Assembly (NCBI GenBank): GCA_021161865.1
Contig: JAGGZU010000041.1
Coordinates: forward strand, 1 to 35,634
Direction of reading: 5' to 3'
Origin: Thermoplasmata archaeon
Lineage (GTDB): Archaea > Thermoplasmatota > E2 > DHVEG-1 > B18-G2
DNA length: 35,634 bases
The notes beneath the pieces are model-generated. The model searched no databases. It was not told the origin of the DNA and saw nothing but the letters and a program-made list of their open reading frames with translations. The first letter of the stretch is position 1. Each line of letters opens with the position of its first letter. Positions 1 through 9,454 of the stretch are shown one piece after another. The position numbers and the translations under genes are program-made.

Positions 1-66
1 CAGCTTTTGATATTTTCTATCTAATTGATAAAACTTTTTAAATATAGATTAAATTGGCGTGATCAT

Positions 67-2316
67 ATGAGTGTACAAAAATTTGTGTTATGTTTTGTTT
101 GTATTTTTTTCATAACAAACATAACAATGTCGGTTATTGCTGATGAAAACGGTAAAGGCAGTATGCAAAATAATGTGCTTGGAAAAAAATGGACGTTTAT
201 GTTTTATGATGACGCCGATTTTCATAGTTCTGGTGATCCTTTAAAGCTATTTGTTAAAGAGGCGTTTTCAGGAGAAAATCTCAATGTGATAGTGCTTCAA
301 GATGAGGAATATGATCCTGCGAAGATATGGTACATCGATGAGAATCATAACAAAGAACTGCTGAAGGATTTAGGTGAGATAAACATGGGTGACTACAAAA
401 CTCTGAAAGATTTTATTGAGTACTGCAAAACTAACTTCACAGCAGACAGGTACATTATTTCTTTTTACAACCATGGCATGGGATGGGAGGGTGCTTGTCG
501 AGATGACACAAGTAACGATTCTTTAACTATGGATGAAATGCAGAAGGCGTTTACAGAAACTGGTGGTGTTGATATCGTATGTTTTACTGCCCCATGTTTA
601 ATGGCTAATATAGAAGCTGTTTATGAACTCAGAAACTGCACAGACGTATATGTAGGGAGTGAAGAAACAAGTGGATACAGATGGTGGAGTAACGTAATAG
701 GGCCTTTATGCGAGATGTTGAATCAAAACTCAGATATAGGTAATATCGAGCTGGGAAAAAGAATTATAGAGTTGATCAAAGAACAGAGTTACAGTTGGCC
801 TGAGAAAAGAGACAATTTCACAATGAGTGCTATGAAAACAGATAAAATGGATGAATTGGGAGAGGCTATCGATTCTCTTAGTCTTGGGGTTCTTAGTAAC
901 TTTAATAGGTCATATGAACTTATTTGTTCGATTTATGAAGGAGTTCAATCTTTCGGCTTGAATGGATTCCTAGATGTTTACGATTTTGCCGAAAAATGCT
1001 TCGATGTCGAGATGAATCAAACTATCCGCCATGATTTGGAGCATGTTTTAGAGAACTTAACTGATGTTGTTATTGCAGAAGCCCATGGTAACAACAAACC
1101 AGGTGCTCATGGTCTGTCAATCTACCTTCCTAATCCATCGCATCCGATTTATGAGACAAAATATGGTGAATCCGAATATGGTTTAGACTTTGCAGGTGAC
1201 ACTCACTGGGATGAACTACTTAATCGAATATGGCTGAAAAAAATTAGAGGGATTGCAATCGGATCTGCTACTGTTGGTAATGAAATCGAAGTATCGGATA
1301 TTTTGAGATTTATTGACGACTGTAACATCAACATGTTGATAGTAGACTTTGGATGGATAACATGGTCATGGAATATTACAAACTTCAATGCTGTAAATGT
1401 TCTTATAAATGCCACTCAACAACGCAGTATCCCTACTTGGGTTATGTACAGAGCCAGAACTTTACCTGGTCAATATAAGGATATTCAGCATCAAGTCCAT
1501 AAAAACGGAGAGGTTGATGAAAGAGAAATCTGCTTTACAAGTCCAGAAGGTAGGAATTGGTCGATTAGATGGGCACACAAACTGTTGGAGAAGTACCCCG
1601 CTATTGATGGGTTAATCCTTTATAATCCACATTTTTTGCCCGATTGCTGTTACTGTTCTCGATGTTTAGAGAAATTTGCAAAAGATACAGGAATAGATGG
1701 AAATCCAGCACAATTTGATACACAGAGTCCTCAATATGAGGCGTGGTCAAACTGGAGAACAAGAGAACTCGCAGATTTTATAAAAGAATGGAAAAACAGC
1801 GTGGCAACTCTTTATCCACATCTAAAAGTTGGTTTGGTTCTGGATTCAGGTGATACAGCATATTTAACCGGACAGAATCTTACTGAATTGGGAGAAATTG
1901 TTGACATGATTTGTCCATTTGTGGCTTTAGACTCTGTAACAGACAATGATTTTGCGGGAGGGATATGTAATCATGTAAAAGAAGCCACTAACGCAACTGT
2001 TGTTGCCGACATAAAAATATATGGACCATATGATAACAACGATAACGATATAGTTAATGCAATAGACAGTTCGTTGAAATCAAACGGAGATGGTTTTTTT
2101 CTTTGGGATTTCGATTCTCTTGATCCCGGTAGATATAATATAGATTTGGTGAAAAAAGCATATAATCCCTATTACTATGGTTCTCCCAGATATACCTCTA
2201 ACTCTCAAAGCTCATTAAGCAACTATGAACCCATATTTATCGTTGTAGTAAAGATGGTTTTAACGGTTGTATCAATCCTGTTTCTCATACTGTTGAAACA
2301 AAAAAGATTTGTTTGA
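67..2316 (+). CDS. Secreted, membrane-anchored clostripain-family (C11) cysteine peptidase fused to a glycoside-hydrolase-like TIM barrel
   Basis: Hydrophobic N-terminus after ATG 67; C11 hallmarks KKWTFMFY..AD, EINMGD..TL.DF, NHG (His), APCLM (Cys), SEE, GLSIY.P; second domain with ICFTSP, DGL, CYCSRC and W..WR as in GHL10/GH42-like barrels; C-terminal TM helix followed by KQKR. ORF track starts at TTG 25. Confidence 0.8.
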   Translation: MSVQKFVLCFVCIFFITNITMSVIADENGKGSMQNNVLGKKWTFMFYDDADFHSSGDPLKLFVKEAFSGENLNVIVLQDEEYDPAKIWYIDENHNKELLKDLGEINMGDYKTLKDFIEYCKTNFTADRYIISFYNHGMGWEGACRDDTSNDSLTMDEMQKAFTETGGVDIVCFTAPCLMANIEAVYELRNCTDVYVGSEETSGYRWWSNVIGPLCEMLNQNSDIGNIELGKRIIELIKEQSYSWPEKRDNFTMSAMKTDKMDELGEAIDSLSLGVLSNFNRSYELICSIYEGVQSFGLNGFLDVYDFAEKCFDVEMNQTIRHDLEHVLENLTDVVIAEAHGNNKPGAHGLSIYLPNPSHPIYETKYGESEYGLDFAGDTHWDELLNRIWLKKIRGIAIGSATVGNEIEVSDILRFIDDCNINMLIVDFGWITWSWNITNFNAVNVLINATQQRSIPTWVMYRARTLPGQYKDIQHQVHKNGEVDEREICFTSPEGRNWSIRWAHKLLEKYPAIDGLILYNPHFLPDCCYCSRCLEKFAKDTGIDGNPAQFDTQSPQYEAWSNWRTRELADFIKEWKNSVATLYPHLKVGLVLDSGDTAYLTGQNLTELGEIVDMICPFVALDSVTDNDFAGGICNHVKEATNATVVADIKIYGPYDNNDNDIVNAIDSSLKSNGDGFFLWDFDSLDPGRYNIDLVKKAYNPYYYGSPRYTSNSQSSLSNYEPIFIVVVKMVLTVVSILFLILLKQKRFV

Positions 2317-2347
2317 ACTCAACAAATCCCCTACAATTTGTAAATTG
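2306..2347. terminator. Possible hairpins between convergent genes
   Basis: GATTTGTT(2306-2313)/AACAAATC(2321-2328) inverted repeat around the TGA stop, then CAATTT-GT-AAATTG (2334-2347). Confidence 0.3.
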
Positions 2348-2430
2348 GTAACTAGATATTTCTCCGCCTGGTACATAATTTCAGGTAAACCAGTTTCCCG
2401 CAAAAGTAGAATTTTGATGAAGAATCCACC

Positions 2431-3441
2431 TTAGATCTTTAAAACCCCTGCTCCTCTGTATTTGCCATGTTTCAACATAATTAGTGCCTCGTTCGCCTCC
2501 TCAAGTTTAAACTCCTTCACCTCAGGTTTAATTGGTATCTCAGCGGCTAACGGTAGAAACTCTTGAACATCTTCTCTGGTTATGTTTGCCACACTTTTAA
2601 TCTCCTTCTCATTCCAGAGATGAGTAGCGTAGTCAAGCTCAGGAATCGGTGTCTCTTTACGTATAGCGTTTACAATAAGTCTGCCTCCTTTCTCCAGGTT
2701 GCGGAGAGCCTCCTTTACAGGTACGCCAACAGGTGTTGTATCTATTGCTCTGTCCAATTTCTCAGGAGGTGTATCTCCTGTTGTTCCAACCCAGTTTGCA
2801 CCCATATCTAAAGCGAGTTTACTGGGTTCATCGTTTCTTCTTCTCGTGAAAACAAAAACCTTCGAGTTTGGGTAAAGGTGTTTGACAAGCTGTATAACTA
2901 TGTGTGCTGATGCACCGAAACCGTAGAGACCAATGTTTTCTCCATCCTTTAAACCGGTTAGTTTCAACGCCCTGTACCCTATGGCTCCAGCGCACATTAG
3001 AGGAGCAGCCTCGGTATCCGAGAAAACTGGTGGTATCAGGTATGCAAAGTCCTCTGACACCTTCATGTATTCTGCGTAACCCCCGTTTGCATCGCACCCT
3101 GTAGCCTTGAACTCTGCGCACAGGTTTTCCATTCCATTCCTGCAGAACCTGCATCTTCCACAGGCATGGTATATCCATGCTACACCAACTCTGTCCCCGG
3201 TTTTGAATCTTTTAGCCTTTGAACCATTTTTTTCAACGTAACCTATAACCTCATGCCCAAGTACTACTGGTAGCCTCGGTTTTTTTCTCCCCTCTATCTC
3301 ATCAAGTTCTGTGTGACATACGCCGCATGCAGAAACCTTTATCAGAATTTCATTGGAATCAGGTTTTGGAACAGGTAACTCTTCCAGTTTCAATGGCTTG
3401 GTTTCAACCTCCGCTATTTTATTTAAAACCATGGCTTTCAT
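2431..3441 (-). CDS. Zinc-dependent alcohol dehydrogenase (MDR family, AdhP-like)
   Basis: CGVCHT, GHE, structural-Zn CGRCRFC...C, GxGxxA nucleotide-binding motif. Confidence 0.92.
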   Translation of the reverse strand: MKAMVLNKIAEVETKPLKLEELPVPKPDSNEILIKVSACGVCHTELDEIEGRKKPRLPVVLGHEVIGYVEKNGSKAKRFKTGDRVGVAWIYHACGRCRFCRNGMENLCAEFKATGCDANGGYAEYMKVSEDFAYLIPPVFSDTEAAPLMCAGAIGYRALKLTGLKDGENIGLYGFGASAHIVIQLVKHLYPNSKVFVFTRRRNDEPSKLALDMGANWVGTTGDTPPEKLDRAIDTTPVGVPVKEALRNLEKGGRLIVNAIRKETPIPELDYATHLWNEKEIKSVANITREDVQEFLPLAAEIPIKPEVKEFKLEEANEALIMLKHGKYRGAGVLKI

Positions 3442-3987
3442 TCAATCATCCTCCTTACCATCGATTTTTTCATCTACTCCCATACCAACCGCTATAAGAT
3501 AACCCTTCGCTCTCTCAGTATACCTGTAACGGTTAACCAGCTGCCAGAATTTTTTTGAATGATTCGGTTGTATTAGGTGGGCAAGCTCATGGATTATAAC
3601 GTAGTCTCTAACCCACTGTGGCATATCTGCTAATCTATCTGATATCCTGATTTTTTTGTTTTTTGGACTGCAACTGCCAAACCTATGGTTTTGGTTCGTT
3701 ACATACTTTATTTCAAACTCCAGTTTTCCATCAAAATATTTTTTGTTCAACTCCTGCGCCCTTTTTTGTAGTAAACCATCGTTGTTTAGTTTCTCCCTTT
3801 TTTTACGTTTTTTTATTTTAGCTACAAGTTCTTCAACATACTTTTTTTCCTTGTTTTTATCCAAACCAGCAGGCAGGTACACGATAATGTTTCCTTTGAC
3901 TTCTTTGGCTTGAACCGTTTTCTTTCTCCTTCTGCTTCTAATTATTTTGATGCGACTGTAATCTATGTTGTTATACTTTTCATCCAT
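3442..3987 (-). CDS. YgjP/DUF45-family zinc metallohydrolase
   Basis: RS.RRKK, FGSCS, DYVIIHELAH...NHSKKFW. ATG 3987 preferred over GTG 4002. Confidence 0.88.
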   Translation of the reverse strand: MDEKYNNIDYSRIKIIRSRRRKKTVQAKEVKGNIIVYLPAGLDKNKEKKYVEELVAKIKKRKKREKLNNDGLLQKRAQELNKKYFDGKLEFEIKYVTNQNHRFGSCSPKNKKIRISDRLADMPQWVRDYVIIHELAHLIQPNHSKKFWQLVNRYRYTERAKGYLIAVGMGVDEKIDGKEDD

Positions 3988-4129
3988 GTTTTTTACGTTC
4001 ACAAAATAAAAACATGGTTGTTAAACGTTTTTGATTCAACCGTTTTTTTCGGTTTTTTTCGAAAGGAATATATATAGAGGAGTAACAGATAACAAAATTA
4101 GGAACCAGACCTTAAAGAGTTGAACATGG

Positions 4130-4429
4130 ATGAAGATTAGTATAAAACTTTACATGCAGGGTGAAGAACTCCTCGTCGGGGCATGTGATGTGGAACTTCT
4201 CGGTAAACGTTTTAGTGAAGGTGAGCTCAGGTTGCATGTCAAAAAAAGTTTTTATGATGGACACAGGGTTGATGAGAAGGCTCTCGTTGCTTATCTTGAG
4301 GAGGCAACCATCGCTAACCTCGTTGGGAAGAGAACAGTTGACTGCGCGATAAAACATGGTTTTGTTAACCCTGAGTGTGTAATATTTATAGATGGTGTTC
4401 CTCATGCTCAGATGGTTAAGATGCTTTAA
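4130..4429 (+). CDS. DUF424 family archaeal protein
   Basis: LVGACD.ELLG, FY.G, ANLVG, V..IDGVPHAQ. Confidence 0.9.
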   Translation: MKISIKLYMQGEELLVGACDVELLGKRFSEGELRLHVKKSFYDGHRVDEKALVAYLEEATIANLVGKRTVDCAIKHGFVNPECVIFIDGVPHAQMVKML

Positions 4430-4889
4430 CTTTTTCTGTTAACTCCTTCATCTTTTCTTCGATTCTGACCCAGTGGCTACCTTTCCAATATATTTTGTCG
4501 CATTTTTTACAATACCAAAACTCCTCGTGTGCATCGAAAACCTTAGAGGGAACCTTTCCTTTAACATCCTCCTTTTTCACCTTCAGTAAGGGGGTGTTGC
4601 ACAGGGAGCATCTTGAAAGAACCGTTTTGTTGTTTACAGGGTAAACTGAGGTTACCGTTTTAAGCTGCTCATCAAGATCCGTTGACGTGACTTCTATGTT
4701 TGGCATCCTTCTTTTCTCCGCTCTTTCAACAAGCTGTTTATCCCTTGATATAACAACACGTTTTTCTTTTTCAGCGATATCTAGGATTTCATCATCCGTT
4801 GTTTTTTCATTTGCATAATACACATCAAATCCTAGCAGACGAAGCCATCTCGCCAGCGTACCAAGCATTTGATCGCATAACAGTTTCAT
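4416..4889 (-). CDS. Mut7-C (PIN-like) RNase-domain protein with Zn ribbon
   Basis: D.MLG.LARWLRLLG.D, SRD, RCSLCN, CKKC.KIYW.GSH. Confidence 0.92.
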   Translation of the reverse strand: MKLLCDQMLGTLARWLRLLGFDVYYANEKTTDDEILDIAEKEKRVVISRDKQLVERAEKRRMPNIEVTSTDLDEQLKTVTSVYPVNNKTVLSRCSLCNTPLLKVKKEDVKGKVPSKVFDAHEEFWYCKKCDKIYWKGSHWVRIEEKMKELTEKVKAS

Positions 4890-5533
4890 GGTATCGGCAC
4901 ATACCTCACGAGTAATCCTTCTCCAAGGGTTTTTACTTCCTCAACCTTAAGTTTTATGATCTCTTTTTCATCCTCTGCTCCTTCTCCATCCGCGATAGTT
5001 GGTGTGTTTTTTCCACCAACCACCATCGGTCCAGTGTAAATGAGGAGTTCATCAAAAAGGCGTTGTTTTATAAAGTTCCATATAACGGTTCCTCCACCCT
5101 CCACGAGAAGGTTTTTTACTCCACGTTTTACAAGCTCAGCCATCACCTCATTGAGGTCAACAAATCCTTTTTCATCAAGGTTGCAAGGCACAACCTCAAC
5201 ATTTTTTTTGTTAAACCTTTTTTTAACGTTTTTCCCAACAAAAAGTATTGTATAGGTTTTTTCATTCATCACTTCAGCATCCTCAGGGGTTCTACCATTA
5301 CTATCCAGTACAACACGTAAAGGTTGTTTTGCATCAGGTTTTTTAACGGTAAGCTTAGGGTCATCCGTGAGAATGGTTCCGATGCCTACCAGCACCGCAT
5401 CACATCTCTCCCTTAGAAGCTGTACTCTTCTAAAGTCCTCCTCTGATGATATACGCAGCTGCTTTCTTGAGGGAAACGCTATTTTGCCGTCTACGGTTGC
5501 AGCACAGTTTATTATAGTGTAGGGTCTTTCCAT
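4886..5533 (-). CDS. arfC: 2,5-diamino-6-ribosylamino-4(3H)-pyrimidinone 5'-phosphate reductase (RibD C-terminal/Rib7 type)
   Basis: RPY..IN.A..DGKI, VGIGTIL.DDP.LTV, P.RVVLDS, LLVEGGG. Confidence 0.85.
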   Translation of the reverse strand: MERPYTIINCAATVDGKIAFPSRKQLRISSEEDFRRVQLLRERCDAVLVGIGTILTDDPKLTVKKPDAKQPLRVVLDSNGRTPEDAEVMNEKTYTILFVGKNVKKRFNKKNVEVVPCNLDEKGFVDLNEVMAELVKRGVKNLLVEGGGTVIWNFIKQRLFDELLIYTGPMVVGGKNTPTIADGEGAEDEKEIIKLKVEEVKTLGEGLLVRYVPIP

Positions 5534-5539
5534 ACTCTT

Positions 5540-6208
5540 TCACTTCTTTTTTGGGTATAGAGGACAATCTTTTTTCTCCTCAGGACATATTCCTTTTGTT
5601 TTACATGGCGGTCCAGCGTTTTTGAAAATCGTTGGAGCAACCTTTTTCACCTCACTAAGCATCTTGTTTGCAAGCCTCCTTATCTCCCATTGTGCGTGTA
5701 AACAACATCTCAGCTCAAAGAAGTTGAGAAGGGCGCGTGCGTTCATGGTGACTATGACGTTGCTTGTTGTTGCGTTTGGTAGAACATAACGTGCGTCCTC
5801 AGCGGGTACATCAAGGTCAAGTAGTTTGTTGTATTCATCCCATATTTTCTCCATTGTTTCATCATAGGCTTTTTTCATTTTTTCATTTTTTCCTATGGAG
5901 GGCGGGGTCACATAGGTCGGTTTATCTAGACTGACGTATCTCTGACTCTGCTGACAGTAACTCGCTATTCTGTGTCTAACAAGCTGATGGGTTAATGCTC
6001 TGCTTACACCAGTGATTGCAAACGTAAAGTTTGCATGTTCAATAACGCTTGTGTGACCGAGTTTGATGACGTAGGATAGTATTTCTTTGAGTTGTTCATC
6101 ATCCATTTCCTCCAGTTTCTCTGGTGTTGTTTTACTGTGAGTAAGAGCAGCAGCCATCCCACAAACCCTTTCAGGTTCAGGGGTGTATCTTATCAGCTTT
6201 ACCTTCAT
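5540..6208 (-). CDS. thyX: FAD-dependent thymidylate synthase
   Basis: GH.SVIEH, signature RHRIASYCQQSQRY, EDARYVLP, AQWEIR. Confidence 0.97.
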   Translation of the reverse strand: MKVKLIRYTPEPERVCGMAAALTHSKTTPEKLEEMDDEQLKEILSYVIKLGHTSVIEHANFTFAITGVSRALTHQLVRHRIASYCQQSQRYVSLDKPTYVTPPSIGKNEKMKKAYDETMEKIWDEYNKLLDLDVPAEDARYVLPNATTSNVIVTMNARALLNFFELRCCLHAQWEIRRLANKMLSEVKKVAPTIFKNAGPPCKTKGICPEEKKDCPLYPKKK

Positions 6209-6310
6209 GTTCCCAGGATTAATAGCGGGTTTTATTTAATTATGTTTGGGAAAACTCCAACAGTTAATCAAAAAGGATAATTACCCTTAACGGTATTACT
6301 CTATGGTCTT

Positions 6311-6682
6311 ATGCCTGAGGTGAGAAAAAACCCGGTTATAGCTGCTGTTTTCAGTTTCCTAGTTTGGGGTCTCGGTGAGATGTATGCTGCTGTAACCAAC
6401 CTTAAGATAGCGGTTGGCATGGTGTTGTTTGTTGGATGGATGGTTTATCTTTTTATCGCGCCTTTTTTCATCAAAAACATTCTCTTTGTGGTTGCAATAC
6501 TTTTGGTTGTGGGTGTACCTCTCGCCTTTGATGCCTTCAGGGATGCAAAGGCGTATAACATGCAGATTAAACTGAAGGAGATTGAGCGTAAGAGAGTGGG
6601 TAATATATGCCCAGCCTGTGGAGCTAAACTGGAGGGGAACCCGAGGTTTTGTCCGCAGTGTGGGAAGAAACTGGTGTGGTAA
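6311..6682 (+). CDS. Small membrane protein with C-terminal zinc ribbon
   Basis: KNP.IAAVFS....GLG..Y (TM2-like start), 2-3 hydrophobic segments, CPACG...FCPQCG. Confidence 0.75.
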   Translation: MPEVRKNPVIAAVFSFLVWGLGEMYAAVTNLKIAVGMVLFVGWMVYLFIAPFFIKNILFVVAILLVVGVPLAFDAFRDAKAYNMQIKLKEIERKRVGNICPACGAKLEGNPRFCPQCGKKLVW

Positions 6683-6727
6683 ACTATTTGAAAAAGTTTC
6701 ATGTAATTCGTTTAAGGGGGGTTTAAG

Positions 6728-8140
6728 GTGGTAACGTTAACCTTTTACGGAGGAATCAGAGAGATTGGTGGAAACAAGGTTTTGTTAGAAGACAGTGGCA
6801 CAAAGATTTTCCTTGACTTTGGTATGAGTTTCGGCAGACGGGGCCTTTATTTTGAAGAGTTTTTGACACCAAGAGTGGCAAACGGTATAGGAGATTTTCT
6901 TGCTATGAAGCTTATACCAGACATTCGTGGTGTTTACCGTGAGGATCTTTTAACGCACATGGGTAGGAAACCTGAGGAGCCTGAGGTTCAGGGTGTTTTG
7001 TTGTCTCACGCACATGCGGATCACGCGAATTACATCTCCTTTCTCCATAAGGATATACCTGTTTATTGCGGTGAGACCTGTAAACATGTTTTAGAGGCGG
7101 TTAATGAGCAGAGTCAGCGGAGTATTGAGAACGAGGTTGTTGATTTTAAACTTCGTCCTTTGTATAGACGGGATTACAGGAAACCACCTGTTAAAAGAAG
7201 ATTTAAAACCTTCAGAACCGGTGATAAGATAAGGATTGATTCATTGGAGATTGAACCTGTTCATGTTGACCATAGTGTGCCGGGAGCCTATGGTTTTGTG
7301 ATTCATACAACTGAGGGTGATGTTGTTTACACAGGTGACCTCAGGATGCATGGGCTGCATGCCAGTATGACAGATGATTTTGTGGAGGCTGCAAGAGAGG
7401 CGAAACCACGGGTTATGATTACAGAAGGTACAAGGATTGACCGTGGTAGAACAGGCGAATCTGAGCATAGAGTTTATGTTAAGTCGAAAAAGGAGTTGTT
7501 CAACAACAGTAAACTTTCGATTGTTGATTTCAATTTCAAGGATGTTGATAGGTTCAGAACCTTCTACCGTATCTCTAAAGAGGTTGGTAAGAAGATGGTT
7601 ATAAGCTTTAAACACGCCTGTTTCCTTGAGAGGTATCATAGCGATTCTAAACTTCAGGTGCCTGATAGCAGAGATGAGAACATTCTTCTTCTTAAACCCA
7701 AGCGGTTAACAGGTACATATATTGACGAGGACTACACTGAACCCTATATTAAAAAAAGGTTGGGTTATCCAAACATTGTAACGGCGGAGGAGATAAGGGA
7801 TAAACCCGAGAAGTACATGGTGGTTTTGAACTTCTGGTACTTCAATACTTTGATTGATTTGAAACCAGATGGTGGCGTATACATTCATTCTCTTTCTGAG
7901 CCGTTTAATGAGGAGATGCAGATGTCGTTTGACAGGATGATGAACTGGCTAAAGTTTTTCAATCTAAGGTTTGTTCAGGCGCATTGTTCAGGTCATATAA
8001 ATGGGACTGACCTCAAGGAACTTATAAAAAAGGTTAATCCAAAGGAGCTTTATCCAATTCACACTGAGCATCCTGGTATGTTTAGGAAACTTGGGATAAA
8101 GACAAGGATGGTGAAGGAAGGAAAAGTGTATAAACTGTGA
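6728..8140 (+). CDS. Metallo-beta-lactamase/beta-CASP nuclease, RNase J-like
   Basis: GG..EIGGN, DFG, SHAHADH, DHS, YTGD, EGT, HCSGH, PIH.E. Confidence 0.85.
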   Translation: MVTLTFYGGIREIGGNKVLLEDSGTKIFLDFGMSFGRRGLYFEEFLTPRVANGIGDFLAMKLIPDIRGVYREDLLTHMGRKPEEPEVQGVLLSHAHADHANYISFLHKDIPVYCGETCKHVLEAVNEQSQRSIENEVVDFKLRPLYRRDYRKPPVKRRFKTFRTGDKIRIDSLEIEPVHVDHSVPGAYGFVIHTTEGDVVYTGDLRMHGLHASMTDDFVEAAREAKPRVMITEGTRIDRGRTGESEHRVYVKSKKELFNNSKLSIVDFNFKDVDRFRTFYRISKEVGKKMVISFKHACFLERYHSDSKLQVPDSRDENILLLKPKRLTGTYIDEDYTEPYIKKRLGYPNIVTAEEIRDKPEKYMVVLNFWYFNTLIDLKPDGGVYIHSLSEPFNEEMQMSFDRMMNWLKFFNLRFVQAHCSGHINGTDLKELIKKVNPKELYPIHTEHPGMFRKLGIKTRMVKEGKVYKL

Positions 8141-8230
8141 CATCATTGAAAGTTTAGTATCCACCTTAAGAGGGGAGAATGTATCATGCCTGACCTGTAT
8201 GAGTATGACAAAAAGCAGGGTGAACAAACC

Positions 8231-9265
8231 ATGATTGAAGCAGATATTGGAAAAAGGAGAAAGGAGCAGTTTGTTGAAAACCTAAGAGAAGGAGATGTGA
8301 TAAACGATTTTTTTGCTGTGAAAAGCAAAAACCCCATTAGACCATATAAGCGAGGAACATGGTTTGATTTTGTTGCCGCAGACAAGACAGGTGAAATCTT
8401 TGTTAAGTTTTGGGGTGGAGACAATAGGGATCGTGTTAAACGCCTCTATGATAGTTTTTCAGTTGGGGATGTTGTGCAGATACGTGCTGGTAACGTAGAG
8501 ATTTATGATGAAAAACCTCAGATTTCTGTCAATGAAACAAGCGGCGGTTTAAGGAGATGCAGTCCATCTGAGTATGATGTAAGCGATTTTGTTCCTGCAT
8601 TGGATGAGAATAGGATAGAGGAGTTGTTCAAGGAGATTAAGGCTGAGATTGATGGGGTTAAAAATGAGCAGTTGAGAAACCTCCTTGAAGCATTCTTCTC
8701 TGATTCATCTTTTGTTGAGGATTTTAAACATTCTCCCTCAGCTATGACGCATCATCATAATTATGTTGGTGGAAACCTTGAACATACGGTGGGTGTTATA
8801 CGTTTATGTAAAACTATTTGTGGTATGTACTCTGGTGTGGATAAAGACTTGTTGATAACTGGTGCTATTCTACATGATGTTGGTAAACTCAGGGAGTATA
8901 AAACCACTGCTGCTATAGACAAGACGGATGAGGGCAACTTTATTGGCCACATTGTGATTGGTGACAGATGGGTGCGGGAGAAGATAGATGATTTAAGGGA
9001 GAGTGGTAAAGATTTTGATGTAGAGCTTGAGAACCGTTTATGTCATATTTTGTTGAGTCATCATGGAAAGTATGAGTGGGGTTCCCCTCAGATACCAAAG
9101 CTTCTTGAGGCTTTTGTTCTTCATCAGGCTGATCTGATGGATTCTCAGGTTAAAAACTACATGCAGCTCAGAGAGGAGGGCAGGAGGCTTACTGATGATG
9201 ATTGGACGGTTGTGTGGGACTCTGGTCTTGGCAGGAAAAGAATGATGCATCTGGGTGACCGTTGA
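8231..9265 (+). CDS. OB-fold + HD-domain 3'-5' exoribonuclease, YhaM/Cbf1 family
   Basis: D.TG.I...W OB-fold, SPSA..HHH...GG.LEH, LHDVGK, GHI, ILSHHG..EWGSP, LH.AD..DS. Start 8231 or 8186. Confidence 0.9.
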   Translation: MIEADIGKRRKEQFVENLREGDVINDFFAVKSKNPIRPYKRGTWFDFVAADKTGEIFVKFWGGDNRDRVKRLYDSFSVGDVVQIRAGNVEIYDEKPQISVNETSGGLRRCSPSEYDVSDFVPALDENRIEELFKEIKAEIDGVKNEQLRNLLEAFFSDSSFVEDFKHSPSAMTHHHNYVGGNLEHTVGVIRLCKTICGMYSGVDKDLLITGAILHDVGKLREYKTTAAIDKTDEGNFIGHIVIGDRWVREKIDDLRESGKDFDVELENRLCHILLSHHGKYEWGSPQIPKLLEAFVLHQADLMDSQVKNYMQLREEGRRLTDDDWTVVWDSGLGRKRMMHLGDR

Positions 9266-9283
9266 TTTTGTTGAGGTGGTGAC

Positions 9284-9454
9284 ATGAAAAAAGATCTTTT
9301 GGATATATTGTGCTGCCCGACATGTAAGGGTGAGCTTGAGCTTAGTGTTGAGAGTGAGAATGGAGATGAGGTTGTGAAGGGTACGCTTTTCTGCAGAAAA
9401 TGCAATGTATCTTACCCTATCAGGGAGGGTATACCTGAACTCCTTCCAAAATGA
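9284..9454 (+). CDS. trm112: Trm112-family methyltransferase activator (56 aa, not in ORF track)
   Basis: Manual translation MKKDLLDILCCPTCKGELELSVESENGDEVVKGTLFCRKCNVSYPIREGIPELLPK*; GAGGTG RBS at 9273-9278. Confidence 0.93.
   Translation: MKKDLLDILCCPTCKGELELSVESENGDEVVKGTLFCRKCNVSYPIREGIPELLPK

Noticed and set aside
2317-2430. Open frame continuing past the ADH stop (readthrough)
   Set aside because: Stop is TAA, the ADH fold is complete, and the extension has no recognisable motif.
4003-4129. Repeated GTTTTTTTCG and an imperfect GGTTG/CAACC inverted repeat
   Set aside because: Only two short copies in an AT-rich divergent promoter; not CRISPR or a recognisable ncRNA.
3442-9265. Anti-phage defence island (YgjP, Mut7-C, MBL and HD nucleases)
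   Set aside because: Interspersed with housekeeping genes; no restriction-modification, Cas or mobility genes.
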